A stretch of 64,000 bases of DNA from Macrostomum hystrix (taxonomy: Eukaryota; Animalia; Platyhelminthes), in contig CATNEN010000024.1 of the NCBI GenBank assembly GCA_950097015.1, positions 1,860,001 through 1,924,000 of the forward strand, in the 5' to 3' direction. Made by a program: the position numbers and the translations under genes. Under the pieces are notes generated by a model. It was not told the origin of the DNA. It ran no database searches and worked only from the letters and a program-made list of their open reading frames with translations. Positions 1 to 12,100 of this stretch are shown piece after piece. Every line of letters begins with the position of its first letter. Positions within the stretch are counted from its first letter, which is position 1.

Positions 1-83
1 TCAGGGGGGGTGACCACCCAACCACCGCCCCCCAGCTGGCGGTCCTGCGCCGCCACTGGAATCACCACACAGAATGTGGGCAT

Positions 84-405
84 CAGGAGGGATGTGGGCA
101 TCATTTGGTGACACTAGACCCGCAGCCAGCGAGGAGGCAATGCTGCCCATTTCGCTGACTCCTGAGCACACACGCACACAAATACTGTACGCAGGCGTGC
201 ACTCCAACAGGTGTGTACATCTGCCCTGACTTTCTCATAGTCAGACAGTGTACAATATTCACTGTGCCAAGAAAGTTTGCCCTCAAGGGCGTAAATTGCA
301 CAAAGCCTTCTCTCCGGAGCAGCGCCCCACATAAATGTTGCCTCACCACGGAATCGAGCTCAGGGACCTCGGTGAGACCGGCAAACTCATTAACTGCCCC
401 GCCAC
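84..405 (+). repeat. Dispersed ~320-bp repeat family, copy 1 (tandem twin at 738-1059)
   Basis: Shared cores CATCATTTGGTGACACTAGACCC, GTGTACATCTGCC and CGGAATCGAGCTCAGG recur, diverged, near 25890, 48260 (minus) and 51466. Confidence 0.8.
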
Positions 406-486
406 TCACCCTCCAATAAAACGCCATACAGATAAATAAACGCAAGGCTTAGAAGCTGTGTAAATTTAACTCATGTGTGAATCACC

Positions 487-712
487 CTGTGGCGGCGCAG
501 GGGGGGGGGGGCAGGGGGGGGCGGGCTGCCCCCGGGTGACCACCCCTCACCACCCTCAGGGGGTGACCACCCACTTAAAAAAATTTGGTACTTTACCATA
601 TTTGTTCAAAAGTGTGGTCACCCCATGGGGCATGGGGGGTGGTCACCTGAGACCTCAGGGGGGGTGACCACCCAACCACCGCCCCCCAGCTGGCGGTCCT
701 GCGCCGCCACTG
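487..712. mobile_element. hAT-type MITE, 226 bp (second copy 1141-1365; 3' end of a third copy at 1-58)
   Basis: 15-bp TIR CTGTGGCGGCGCAGG / CCTGCGCCGCCACTG (1 mismatch) flanked by the 8-bp direct repeat GAATCACC (479-486 and 713-720; 1133-1140 and 1366-1373). An 8-bp TSD with a short CAG-type TIR is characteristic of hAT. Confidence 0.85.
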
Positions 713-1140
713 GAATCACCACACAGAATGTGGGCATCAGGAGGGATGTGGGCATCATTTGGTGACACTAGACCCGCAGCCAGCGAGGAGGCAATGCTGC
801 CCATTTCGCTGACTCCTGAGCACACACGCACACAAATACTGTACGCAGGCGTGCACTCCAACAGGTGTGTACATCTGCCCTGACTTTCTCATAGTCAGAC
901 AGTGTACAATATTCACTGTGCCAAGAAAGTTTGCCCTCAAGGGCGTAAATTGCACAAAGCCTTCTCTCCGGAGCAGCGCCCCACATAAATGTTGCCTCAC
1001 CACGGAATCGAGCTCAGGGACCTCGGTGAGACCGGCAAACTCATTAACTGCCCCGCCACTCACCCTCCAATAAAACGCCATACAGATAAATAAACGCAAG
1101 GCTTAGAAGCTGTGTAAATTTAACTCATGTGTGAATCACC

Positions 1141-1365
1141 CTGTGGCGGCGCAGGGGGGGGGGGGCAGGGGGGGCGGGCTGCCCCCGGGTGACCACCCCT
1201 CACCACCCTCAGGGGGTGACCACCCACTTAAAAAAATTTGGTACTTTACCATATTTGTTCAAAAGTGTGGTCACCCCATGGGGCATGGGGGGTGGTCACC
1301 TGAGACCTCAGGGGGGGTGACCACCCAACCACCGCCCCCCAGCTGGCGGTCCTGCGCCGCCACTG
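1141..1365. mobile_element. hAT-type MITE, second copy (inside the 654-bp tandem unit)
   Basis: Same TIRs and the same GAATCACC TSD as 487-712, so it was copied with its flank rather than inserted independently. Confidence 0.85.
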
Positions 1366-1712
1366 GAATCACCACACAGAATTATTATCAAATACTGACT
1401 ACTCAATATCTGTTGTAGGATTTAATTCATGACTCTACTGCCAAATTATCTAAAATCCAAGTACAGCTTAGGTTAGCAACGAATTAAATTAAGATCCATT
1501 ATACACTTTTACCATGTAGTTGCACTTGCTGGCTCAACAATATCATGCCACACTCGCAAATAGATAGACAATATGGTGTTGCTTATGCGGCTTGAATCTG
1601 AATGCCGCCATTTGAGTGCAAGTGTACCGGGCGCGCTGTGATTGGCGATACCATATGGGGGTATATATCTATAATCAAGCATACTAACTATGGGCCTCAG
1701 GGCAGTGGCTTT

Positions 1713-2060
1713 TTATCTAGCTTTAAGTATGCTTTCTATGAAGTACACAAAAATTTCTGTTAATTCTGTGCTTTCCTGTGTCAATAAATACACCATTTTG
1801 TCATCAACGGCTAGGCTTTCAAAATTTCGAACAGTACCTGCCACTTTCTCTATGAATTTATTTCTACGAGTAATTGGAATATGAACAGACCAATCGCATC
1901 TAAAGAGAATATGAATTTCGTTCTCAACCCCGACTCTACATTTTGGACATGTTCTGTTTTCATAAGCGATTTTCGGTCCTACAGTGCGCAATGTCTGACA
2001 GGCCAGTTTATGGTTTCCTAGACGAAATCGGAACATTGTGCGCCTTTGTTCTGCTATAGT
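1713..2060 (-). mobile_element. 5'-truncated non-LTR retrotransposon (LINE), C-terminal end of ORF2
   Basis: Translation RRTMFRFRLGNHKLACQT...RTCPKCRVGVENEIHILFRC matches the R-x-GNHxL plus C-x2-C...E-x-E-x-H-x4-C zinc-knuckle tail typical of LINE ORF2; no RT domain upstream. Confidence 0.8.
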
Positions 2061-3148
2061 TTGCTATTATTTTTTATGCTACCATCAACTCAAGATTTTC
2101 CAGCTTTGCCAGTCGAAAAGCAGGAAAATGTAAAAAATGAAACCGGTTTAAAGTCTAGAAAATTTCAGAAATGAATTGAATAGAAAAAAATATGTCTTAG
2201 GGAATTAAAAAGTACAAGTATATTTCCCGTTCCGTTCATTTTTACGATTCAGATATACTGTATTGTTCGTTACTAAATTATTCGCTCACTTAGATTTGGA
2301 TGAACATCTTTGAAAACTTTGAAAAGCTGCCTAAGCTTTCTTATTCCGTAAAAGTAGGTAATTGCTGACTAAAATAAAGAATGCCGATTAATCACAATTA
2401 CGCAATGTTCACTCATTTTAAAATATACTTTAACTGCCAAATACTGCACGGTAGGCGCAATCACTTTGCATATAAGAAAGACTAAATGATCCCATTTTAC
2501 TTTTTTGTGTTCCGCACCCCGCGTGGCGGCTCTCTCTCTCACGGACAATGCTGCTAAAGCATTTTTTTCATTCATTTATTTCGAATATACTGGAATAGTA
2601 ATGAAGGATGCGTTTACAATTAGAGAGCACAACAATAGAGGCATCGCTTAAAACAGAAAATGTTTAATGTTTCAAAGTGGAAGCTAAAATCACGGGCCCG
2701 CCATGCATAGAGTGAGATGTGAAACAGTCAGAAGCTTATTATCTAACCCTACCTGCTTGTTGCTTTTCGCTGATTCATTGTAATATGGGGGCTGAGCGAT
2801 GGCAGGTGATGATATGGCCATCACAGCTGCTACGAGCTGTAGCGATATGATCGCGAATGTGATTCTAAGTGAAAAGAGACTCTCTTCTTTGTCATCGTTG
2901 CATTGTGCGCATGAATATCCGTTCAGTGCTCACTGGTCGTCATAGAGACCGGGTGACAAACAAAAGCACGTCTGTCCAGAGAAACTGCTAGATATATTGG
3001 CCTGTTTCGCTCGCCCTCCGGTTCTTTTTCGCCGTCTCGCTGCTAGAAAATTTCATTCGATCGTCTCAATTATCGTAAATTTGGACATTTTCTTGACAAT
3101 TTTTCTCTACGAGTGCACGGATAATTTTTTTAAGATTCCGCCGCCAAT

Positions 3149-6100
3149 ATGGCTCTTGTGCAGCCGTCTAAGTATACGCAGCTTGTTCTGTTGCTTCTTT
3201 GCGCGTGGCTAGCACAAACGACAGGTATGTTCCACATCAATACAATATGCGAGCTACAATACAATCAATACAAGCCCAACGGTCAAAAGTTGTGAGAAAG
3301 TATGGGGTATTTAAAAAAAGCGCGCTTAGTCACGCCATCCCTGATGAAGGCTGCACCATGAAGTCTAACCAGGCTTTAGCGCTTACTGAGTCCGCGCTCT
3401 GGTAGGACTCGGTGCGGATGACGAGACGGGTCAGCTTCATTCAGCGCTCTAGCAGTGATAGCTATTGCGGGAGTTCTGCCTACGCAAGACCTCTAAGACG
3501 CCGCAGATTCTCTTGGACGCAGGGCATCAGATCCCCACTCACAGTTCCCCAATGTCGACCATTTCACATCGCTTGTAAAAAACTTGCCTATGAGCAATGA
3601 TGCCTCATTAGGTAATAGCACGGCTAATTTATGCCCTGTCGAGCTCATCTAGCTCACCTGTCAGCACATACACGGACACCTACTCATGCAGGCATGCAGA
3701 TATGTACAAGCAAGTCTCACTGTGCGGAACAGCTCAACAGGGAGCTATGAAATCCGAGTAGCCCAAGCCTTAACCCTCATAAGTCACAAATTATTGGGGC
3801 CTCAACGAGGAACTCAGATCAGGCGAAAAAGCACTGAAACGTCGAGTTTAAGCATATAAGCATAGCTCTAATACTAAGATTATCGTAATTTCTTTGACAA
3901 TTTGACAGCCGCCGACCGGTACCCGTGCAAGCAGCTGCACCAGCCGGGCAGCGCCAGGCGGGAGTTCCGGGTCAACCCAGGCGTGGTTCCGGTGGAAACC
4001 ACTGACCCGACTGACAACTGCCTGATGACCTGCCGACAGATGGACTACAGGTGAGCCAAAGTTCTGAGTAGTTTTACTAGCATTTTTAAACACAAAATCA
4101 AGTCCAGCAGCAATCCATGCAAGTCTTGTCATGGGGTAGTACGATCGACCTATTTTATTGATTTTGAATCTCTAAATTTGACCAAATGAAGAGGGAAACC
4201 AGTCTAAAATACTAGTATAATTTTTATTTAACAAAACTGCTTTCGTTTAGCTACGCCGTGTACACGAACCAGAGCTGCCAGTGCAGCAACGCCTCTGTAG
4301 CCGCCCTGGGCAATGCCACCTCCGAGTTCTGCCTACCCGGCACCTGCGAAGTGACCACCTGGTCCCAGACTGCCGCCTGCTTCGTCAACTGGACCTTCGT
4401 CGGCACCGTCCGCTCTGTGCCCACCTACAAGAAGGCTGCCATGCGTGTCTCTGGGGGTAGGTGGTATAGAGCCTCAAATCCCCGTCATCTCATATACTTA
4501 CCGTTTCACATCATCACAATCCCACTCCCATTGTCTCGCATCCTCATCATCTCACATCCTCACTGTTTCACAACCTCACAATCTCACATAAAATCATCTC
4601 ACATAAAATCATCTCACATCCCATCATCTCACATCCCTACCGTTTCCCATCATCACAATCCCACTCCCATTGTCTCGCATCCTCATCATCTCACATCCTC
4701 ACTGTTTCACAACCTCACAATCTCACATAAAATAATCTCACATCTCATCATCTCACATCCCATCATCTCACATCCCTACCGTTTCCCATCATCACAATCC
4801 CACTCCCATTGTCTCGCATCCTCATCATCTCACATCCTCACTGTTTCACAACCTCACAATCTCACATAAAATAATCTCACATCTCATCATCTCACATCCC
4901 ATCATCTCACATCCCATCATCTCACATCCCATCATCTCACATCCCATCATCTCACATCCCATCATCTCACATCCCATCATCTCACATCCCATCATCTCAC
5001 ATCCCATCATCTCACATCCCATCATCTCACATCCCATCATCTCACATCCCATCATCTGACATCCCATCATCGCTCATCCCATCATCTCACATCCCATCAT
5101 CTCACATCACATCATCTCACATCACATCATCTCACATCACATCATCTCACATCCCATCATCTCACATCCCATCATCTCACATCCCATCATCTCACATCCC
5201 ATCATCTCACATCCCATCATCTCACATCCCATCATCTCACATCCCATCATCTCACATCCCATCATCTCACATCCCATCATCTTACATCCCATCATCTCAC
5301 ATCCCATCATCTCACATCCCATCATCTCACATCCCATCATCTCACATCCCATCATCTCACATCCCATCATCTCACATTCCATAATCTCACATCCCATCAT
5401 CTCACATCCCATAATCTTACATAAAATTATCTCAATCCTCATCACCCCGCATGTCCTGCAGCTCCCTCTGCACTGGTCACTAGCGGGGACACTGTGGACA
5501 TCACCATCGACATCAACGACGGCACAGCCACCGTGCTGGACCATTCTGTGTGGACCGACTGGCAGCAGGAACTCAGGCAGCGGACTCAGCAGGGCATGGA
5601 GACCGGCGTCCCGGTTCGAGAGAACTTTCCGAGTGAGCGGCTTCATTGCTTTCTGCTTTTCTGTGTTGAACGTGGCCACAAAGTAAAACAAAAAATTCAG
5701 GGAAGGCCCAACACGGGGCGCAGGAAAGTTTTTAAAATATTTAGTTGAGCAATTTAAGAAGAGTTTTCTATACTAAGTTAAATAAAATTTGTTATTATGC
5801 GGAGTTATTCATATCCTTATCTATTTATCTAAAAGATAATTATTGCAACAACAACAATAACCAGAAAGTTATTCAGATATTTGTCTATTTTTAATGTTGA
5901 CTTAGAACTGTGTGCTTGATGTATCACAAATGTATTGTCAAAAAGCTTATAATCGTTCAAAAGACAACGGAATCGTAGTGGCTAAGGGTTTTCAGGTCAT
6001 ATCTCGGCAGAGTAAATTTCAGCGTTAAAGTTTAAACTTAAGAAAACACATATGCCTTATTAAACGGGGTCAAAGCTTTTACAAATATTTATTGGGCTGC

Positions 6101-9100
6101 TAAAAAAGACCTAGTCTGATTGTCGAGGTCAGGTCAATACTTGAAATTCAACAGTTTTCTTCTTTGAGTCATCATTAGAAGACTAAATCCCTTTGACAAA
6201 CCGGCCTTCTCCGCAGAGCAAAAGGCTCTGCTGAACACAGAGGTCAAGCAGCCGAAGCTGCTCAGCTCTCCCGTCCAGCTGACCGCCGTGCTTCGAGTGC
6301 AGCAGCGACTCAGGGCTGTCGGCAGCGTCCAAGTTTCTGCAGACGGCTTCACCGATGGCAACGCCACCTGGGGCAGCGAGGTGACAATCACTGCGCCCTT
6401 CCAGCTTGGCTCGAATGTGACTGCGGAGGTCGACTTCAAGATCGGCAAGACTGTGGTCATCAGCGGCGTCAGTGAGTTCGAACTCCGCAGCTCGATATTT
6501 TTCTAGATTGATGCACTTTGGTTCAAGTCAAGTCAAATAGTCAAAATAACAGCTGCTTCTTTAGGCTTGTATGGTGGACGCATTGGCTCCTAAAATGGTT
6601 TGTCGAAAAAAATGCTGCTCACAACTTCTACAGATGCGGTGCCCGTGAACTTCCGACAGCCGGAGAGTCAGCAGCCGTACACAGCCGACAGCAGCTCAGC
6701 CGGGCTGCTGCTGCTCAACTATGACGTCAGCGTCGCGTGCACCATCACCAGCGTCGCATTTCACGCCAACGTGTCTTCAGGCGCCAGCTTTGAAGTTCAG
6801 GTGAAGCTTGCGGCAAAGTGGACAGGACTGAGTTCGTAGATGAGGCTTTGTGTTGGCTCATTCGTTTCCGACTTAGGAGCAGTTTAAATTAATTCTTCAT
6901 CAAACAGCAAAGCGGTGAAACGGAGGGCACATGGGTAGTTGACTGCACATCCATACCATCTCACATCCCCCTCATCCCAAATCCAATAAGATGTCTCATT
7001 ATGATCCAATGGTCGTATATGTCTCGTTGATGTGGGCGACGACTAGCTGACAGGGACAGAAAATCAAGTCCGTGAAGTTATTCAGATGATTCTTAGTCGT
7101 TCGGTCAGCCAAGGTGAAAAAGCAAGAAAATAAAAGGGGGTGCAGCAATTATACCAAGGGTTAGGGGAAGTTTAGAGGAAAGAGGTAAAGCAACCATTGT
7201 TCTAAGTGAGTACAGCATAAGCATTGAAAACTAAAAAAAACTGCTTCTGCGTATCGCCACAGGTGCTGCGCCCCCAGTGCACGGCTGGAAGTACCTACTG
7301 CTATGTGAGCAACACCTGTATTCCGACTGGCCAGTCCTGTGGTCTCCAGCCCAGCGTTCGGACATTCGCCTGCAGCGGTGACCGCTGGAGCCTTCAAAAG
7401 CGCCAATGCTCCAGCGCCACCGGACCCGCGAGCCAGTTTCCGATGTTCGCAGGCCAGCTGTCAACGGTTCAACGCGTGACTCTGACAGTCGCCACCGTCG
7501 GCTTCAACTCGCTGCAGCTGAACGCCAGTCACGAGTACATTGTGCTCCAACCAGGCGACATTCTGGCTGTTTCGGATCCGAGCCGCGCCGTCTCGGTTCG
7601 CGCACTGCAGCCACGACCGGACTACTTCGTGCCCGCTTCCGGCGTCACCAGCGGCATCACTAGCCTGTCGGCCACCGCGGCGCCGCCCTCGTCTCCTGGT
7701 GTTGCCAAAGCTGTGGAGTTCTTTGGCTACCGCAGCGGAAGCGTTCGAGCCAGCGCCGTACTCGGAAACAACACCTGCTCTGGTGGGACCCACCTGGACT
7801 GCTCAGATGAGTACCTGTACAACGTGAGCGTAAAGCTGACCAACAATCTGGCCGACACGTCAATGCAAAACAAGCTGGTCCGAGTCCAAGTGCCAATATT
7901 GGGCGTCAGAATCGCCTCCAACGCAACGCACTGTAAGTTAACTCATATTTTTGCTGAAAGAAGTTTCTCTAAGCGTCAATGACGTTCCGGCGGAAATAAT
8001 TCGATGCCACGACAATAACTTGCAGATAAGACCCATTCCGTCGTGAGCTTCGATGTACTGCAACACCAGGGCAGCAAGCCAGTGTACACTTGGAACTTCA
8101 CCGATGGCAGCCGCATCGGTCCAGAGTTGACGCAGCAGTGGAACTTCAGCACCGCTGGAGCTTGGACAGTACAGGCTGAAGCTGTCAACTTCGTTTCACG
8201 GTTCTGGTCAAACAATTTGGTGAGGCTACAGGATTTTCTAGAAAATCTAGGCTACGTGATTTGAAGATTTACCTAGTTTATTATGTTTGAGAAGCTGTGT
8301 ATATAGATTTTTAACTTTACGATTTGTTCCAGACAATATATGTTCAAAACCCAGTCACATCAGACAAGGTCGTTTTGAACGTGAGCCAGTTGCTGGAGCT
8401 GACACAGGCGGGTCCTGTGAATGGCACTGCAACGTTTTTCTGCGACAACGAAGCTGCTTATCTGCCCACCAACGCTTCAGTCGTTGTGGACTTTGGAGAC
8501 GGTACACCAGTACAACCGAAAACACTCGCTTCCTGGGACTCGACCACCAACAGTGCGGCCTACGTTCATCCGTACGTTAGACGAGGCACATACAATGTGA
8601 CGGCAGTAGTTGAAAACCAGGTGTCGCAGATTCAACTTCAGCAGTCGCTAGTTGTCCAGGAACGCATTGTCGGAGCCCAGATTGTGACACTCAGCTCGAC
8701 GTTCGTTAAAGCACCCTTGCAGACCCTCGCTCAGTTCAATGTGAGCGTCGTGTTTGGATCAGACTTCACAGCCGATGTCGACTTTGGTGACGGACGGACA
8801 GAATCAATCCCCGATCAAGGCGGAAGTCGATGGTTCACGATCACTCACAACTTCACCATGCCAGGGAACTTCACAGTCACCGTTCGACTGCAGAATCGAG
8901 TGAGCTCAGCCAGCTGTTCTACTGTGATCAGTGTCGTGATCGGAGATCCTCGTGAGTTTCTACTAGCTCTGCGCGATCCGCCACCGCTGATTCTGCCACA
9001 ACCCACATACCAGCAGCTGGTACCATTTCTGCTGTGTCGAAACCGGACTGTTGAGAGCACGCAGCCCCTGTTCGACATCAATCTCACGCTCACAGTAAAC

Positions 9101-12100
9101 ACGACGACTGTTTCGACCAGAGCTGATCATTTGATCCATTGCTCAGCCGGAACTAGTGCTCAGAACACTGCGTGCACAGCAATGAGCTCTGACTTCCATT
9201 TCTGCTCGGCCCTTGATCTGACGGTCGGAGATGCTGGACAAATTAGTGCACTGCTCAGCATTCCGAGTCGGCTCTCAGATCAAACTTCTCGGCTAAACTT
9301 TTTACTTTTGCCTGATCTGTCAGCCACAACCATCCATGCCAGTCTGCATCCGGACTTTGCACTTGACTCTGTGAAAGTCGCGGCAGCAGCGAATCGAGTG
9401 TTTCCACTCGAGAAGGCCGTCACATTTATCCTGACAGTTCCGTTTAGCGACAAGTGTCCAGTCACCTGCCAGTGGAACTTTGGTGACAGCAGCATGGTGA
9501 CAAACTCTCTCACCGAAATGTCGCACTCGTATGTACTACCCGGAGCTTTCTCCATCTCTGTGAATGTATCGAACGCCGTCAGTTGGAAGCTTGTGACGAT
9601 GCAGATCAAGGTGCACAAGTCCATATTTGGAATCTCGCTGAATGCTGAGGCGTCCAACGGAATCGATGCAACGAACCCGATTTCAGTAGATCTGGGTACA
9701 CCCGGCACTGATGCATGCTACCAGATCGACTTCACTGCTTGGGGCTCAGCGCTCAGCGACTCGATCAGCTACCACGTTTTCGGCAATCGGTCCTTTTGTG
9801 AGTCCAGCGGTCTCTTCCAAATGGGAGCGAACAGCGTCTGGGTGTCTGATCTCACTGATCTGTACAACCGACTGTACAATTTTTCTCTGTTCGGCTACAC
9901 TCCGACTCAGAGGGGAACCCTGAGCAAAAAAGTGACAGCGGAAGGTTCTAAGAATGTCAGCTTCTTTGCTGCCAACCTAGTATCTCGATTGGAGGTTCAG
10001 TGGTTGATGGTAATCGGCAAGGGCCGCTGCGTCTTCCCAAAGTCTCAGTTATCACGCAGGACTTCAACCAGATACATGCTAAACACAGCGATCCAGCTGG
10101 AGAGCAACCTCGTTATCAACTGCTTCAGCACAAGGGTTACAGTTCACTGGATCGTCGAGATCTACAACAGCTCACAGAACAGGTGGAGGAGCTACGCACA
10201 AGAGCTCACTGCATTCTACAATAAATTCCCCGAGCTGGTGGGCAACAAGACGTTCTATTTCAACACAGATGGCACAATGTTCGACAACCAAAACCTACAC
10301 CTGCGCAGCTTGAAGCTGCCAGCTTTCAGCCTCCAGGCGATGCGAACCTACCGTGTGACCCTACAAGCGTTCATGACTGACCTTCCACTGTTGAAGGTGG
10401 AGGAATCGGTGGTATTCGAGGTCATCACTGGCGCCCTGCAGCCGTGCCTGAAAACTGCAGTGTACGACGAAGATCAGAAAAGGTGGTTCCGAGCGGGAAG
10501 CCTGGTGCAGACAATGTGGGGCAATCCGGTGACTTTGGATCCGACCTGCAGCTCCAACCCGAACCTGTTCGTGGAGGGAGGTGAGGTCAGCGACCTGAAG
10601 TACGAGTTTTACTGCTACCGAGCATGCGAGTCGCGCATCATGCTGGATGCCAACCTACGGTACGATGTCAACTGGCAGGGCCGCGGCTGTCCGGATAGTG
10701 CAGCCAGTGGAGGCTACCTTCGCGGCTGCTTCCTGGCCAACATCTGGAGCACCTATGTACACCAGCTGAAGTCGCTGAACTTGTCCAGTTGGCGTGTGAA
10801 TCTGACAGCCTCACAATTCAACGATCCAGGCATACAGGCGATCTACGAAAGCGCGGCGTTTGCAAGCTGGCGCACGGACAGCATGAAAGGAACTTTTAAC
10901 TATCTTTACTACATGGACGCTGGTGTGCTGCGCCTCAACACGCACTACATGTTCGAGCTTGACGACCACGTGCTGCTAATGGTAGTTCGAGACGCGGCGC
11001 ATCCAGAGGTTCCTCCAGTCATGTCACAGATTCAGCTCAGCCTCACAAAGGGACCGTGCCCGTTACTGAGTGTTCAGTGAGTTTTTTATTGAATAGAAAT
11101 GTGCTAGAGCTGCTTTCGACAATTAGACTAACCAAACCGAATTTTTGACGAATAAAGCCCAGTATTATAACTTTTATTTAGCATAAACTTAGTGCCTTCT
11201 ATCTGTCAGAGGAGAATATCTTGGAATAACTGAAACACTAAGCCACAGTTTCCTTGAAATTCATAGCTGTTGAGGCTATGCAGCTGAAAGCTGCATTAAA
11301 ATTTTTAAGCTACCTATTTCGTTGCTAAAATTATATGTGCCTTCCTCTTCATTCTGTTAGGTGCGTCAGCAACTGCATGACTCGACTCTTCGGCAACTCG
11401 TGCTCCTCAGACACAATAATTGTGAACCAGGAGATTCCCCTTAAGTTCCAGTCTCTCATTGCTAACTACGTGCCCAGTGTTCGATATCACTTCCGATGGC
11501 AGTTGTCTCGACTTGAGACGCCGTTCGCCACCTGCCCGACGGACCTCAGCATGGTGAACATCACCGCATACTTGGACGGACTTGAGACTTCCGGTGGCTT
11601 GAATCAATGGAACATTGTTGGTACGAATTAGGATTAGCTATTTCAGATTGCAAACAATTTCAGTGACTTTCCTTCACAAAATCAAACAGATAATATTGCT
11701 TCTTTTCATTTATTTACTAAGCTAGTCTTGGGGTTTGTTTCCATTTGTAAATGCGACTTCCTGACTAAATTGATTAGTTAACTAATGTATTTCAGGTAGC
11801 AATACAAATGATTGGTTCCGTTTTCGGTCGCCTAGTGACGTGGCAGAGGAAAATCAATCTCATTTGTTTATTATCTCTCAAATCAATAGTTCTTTCACTT
11901 GAAGCTTTCTTTCTTTCTTGTATTTTAATGAAAATAACTCCACTGGAATCTACGAAGATCAATTAGATCCACTAGATGCAATCGATCGAGATCAATTTAT
12001 TCTCTACACTGTGCTAAAAGTTTTAAACATATTTTACGCTGGTTTTCGAATTCCACAGTCTTGTGATTTTGAGAATTATTTCCAGTGGTTGCTGCTAGCA

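Larger units (their letters stand above)
1..1382. repeat. Tandem amplification of a 654-bp composite unit (two full units 76-729 and 730-1382, plus the end of a third running off the window)
   Basis: Sequence at 1, 655 and 1308 is identical apart from one G in a G-run; the ORF track repeats with a 654 offset; unique sequence resumes after ...CACACAGAAT at 1382. Confidence 0.95.

Noticed and set aside
3335-3420. Hammerhead ribozyme at CTGATGA
   Set aside because: A possible stem II (AGGCT/AGTCT) is not followed by GAAA, and stems I and III could not be formed.
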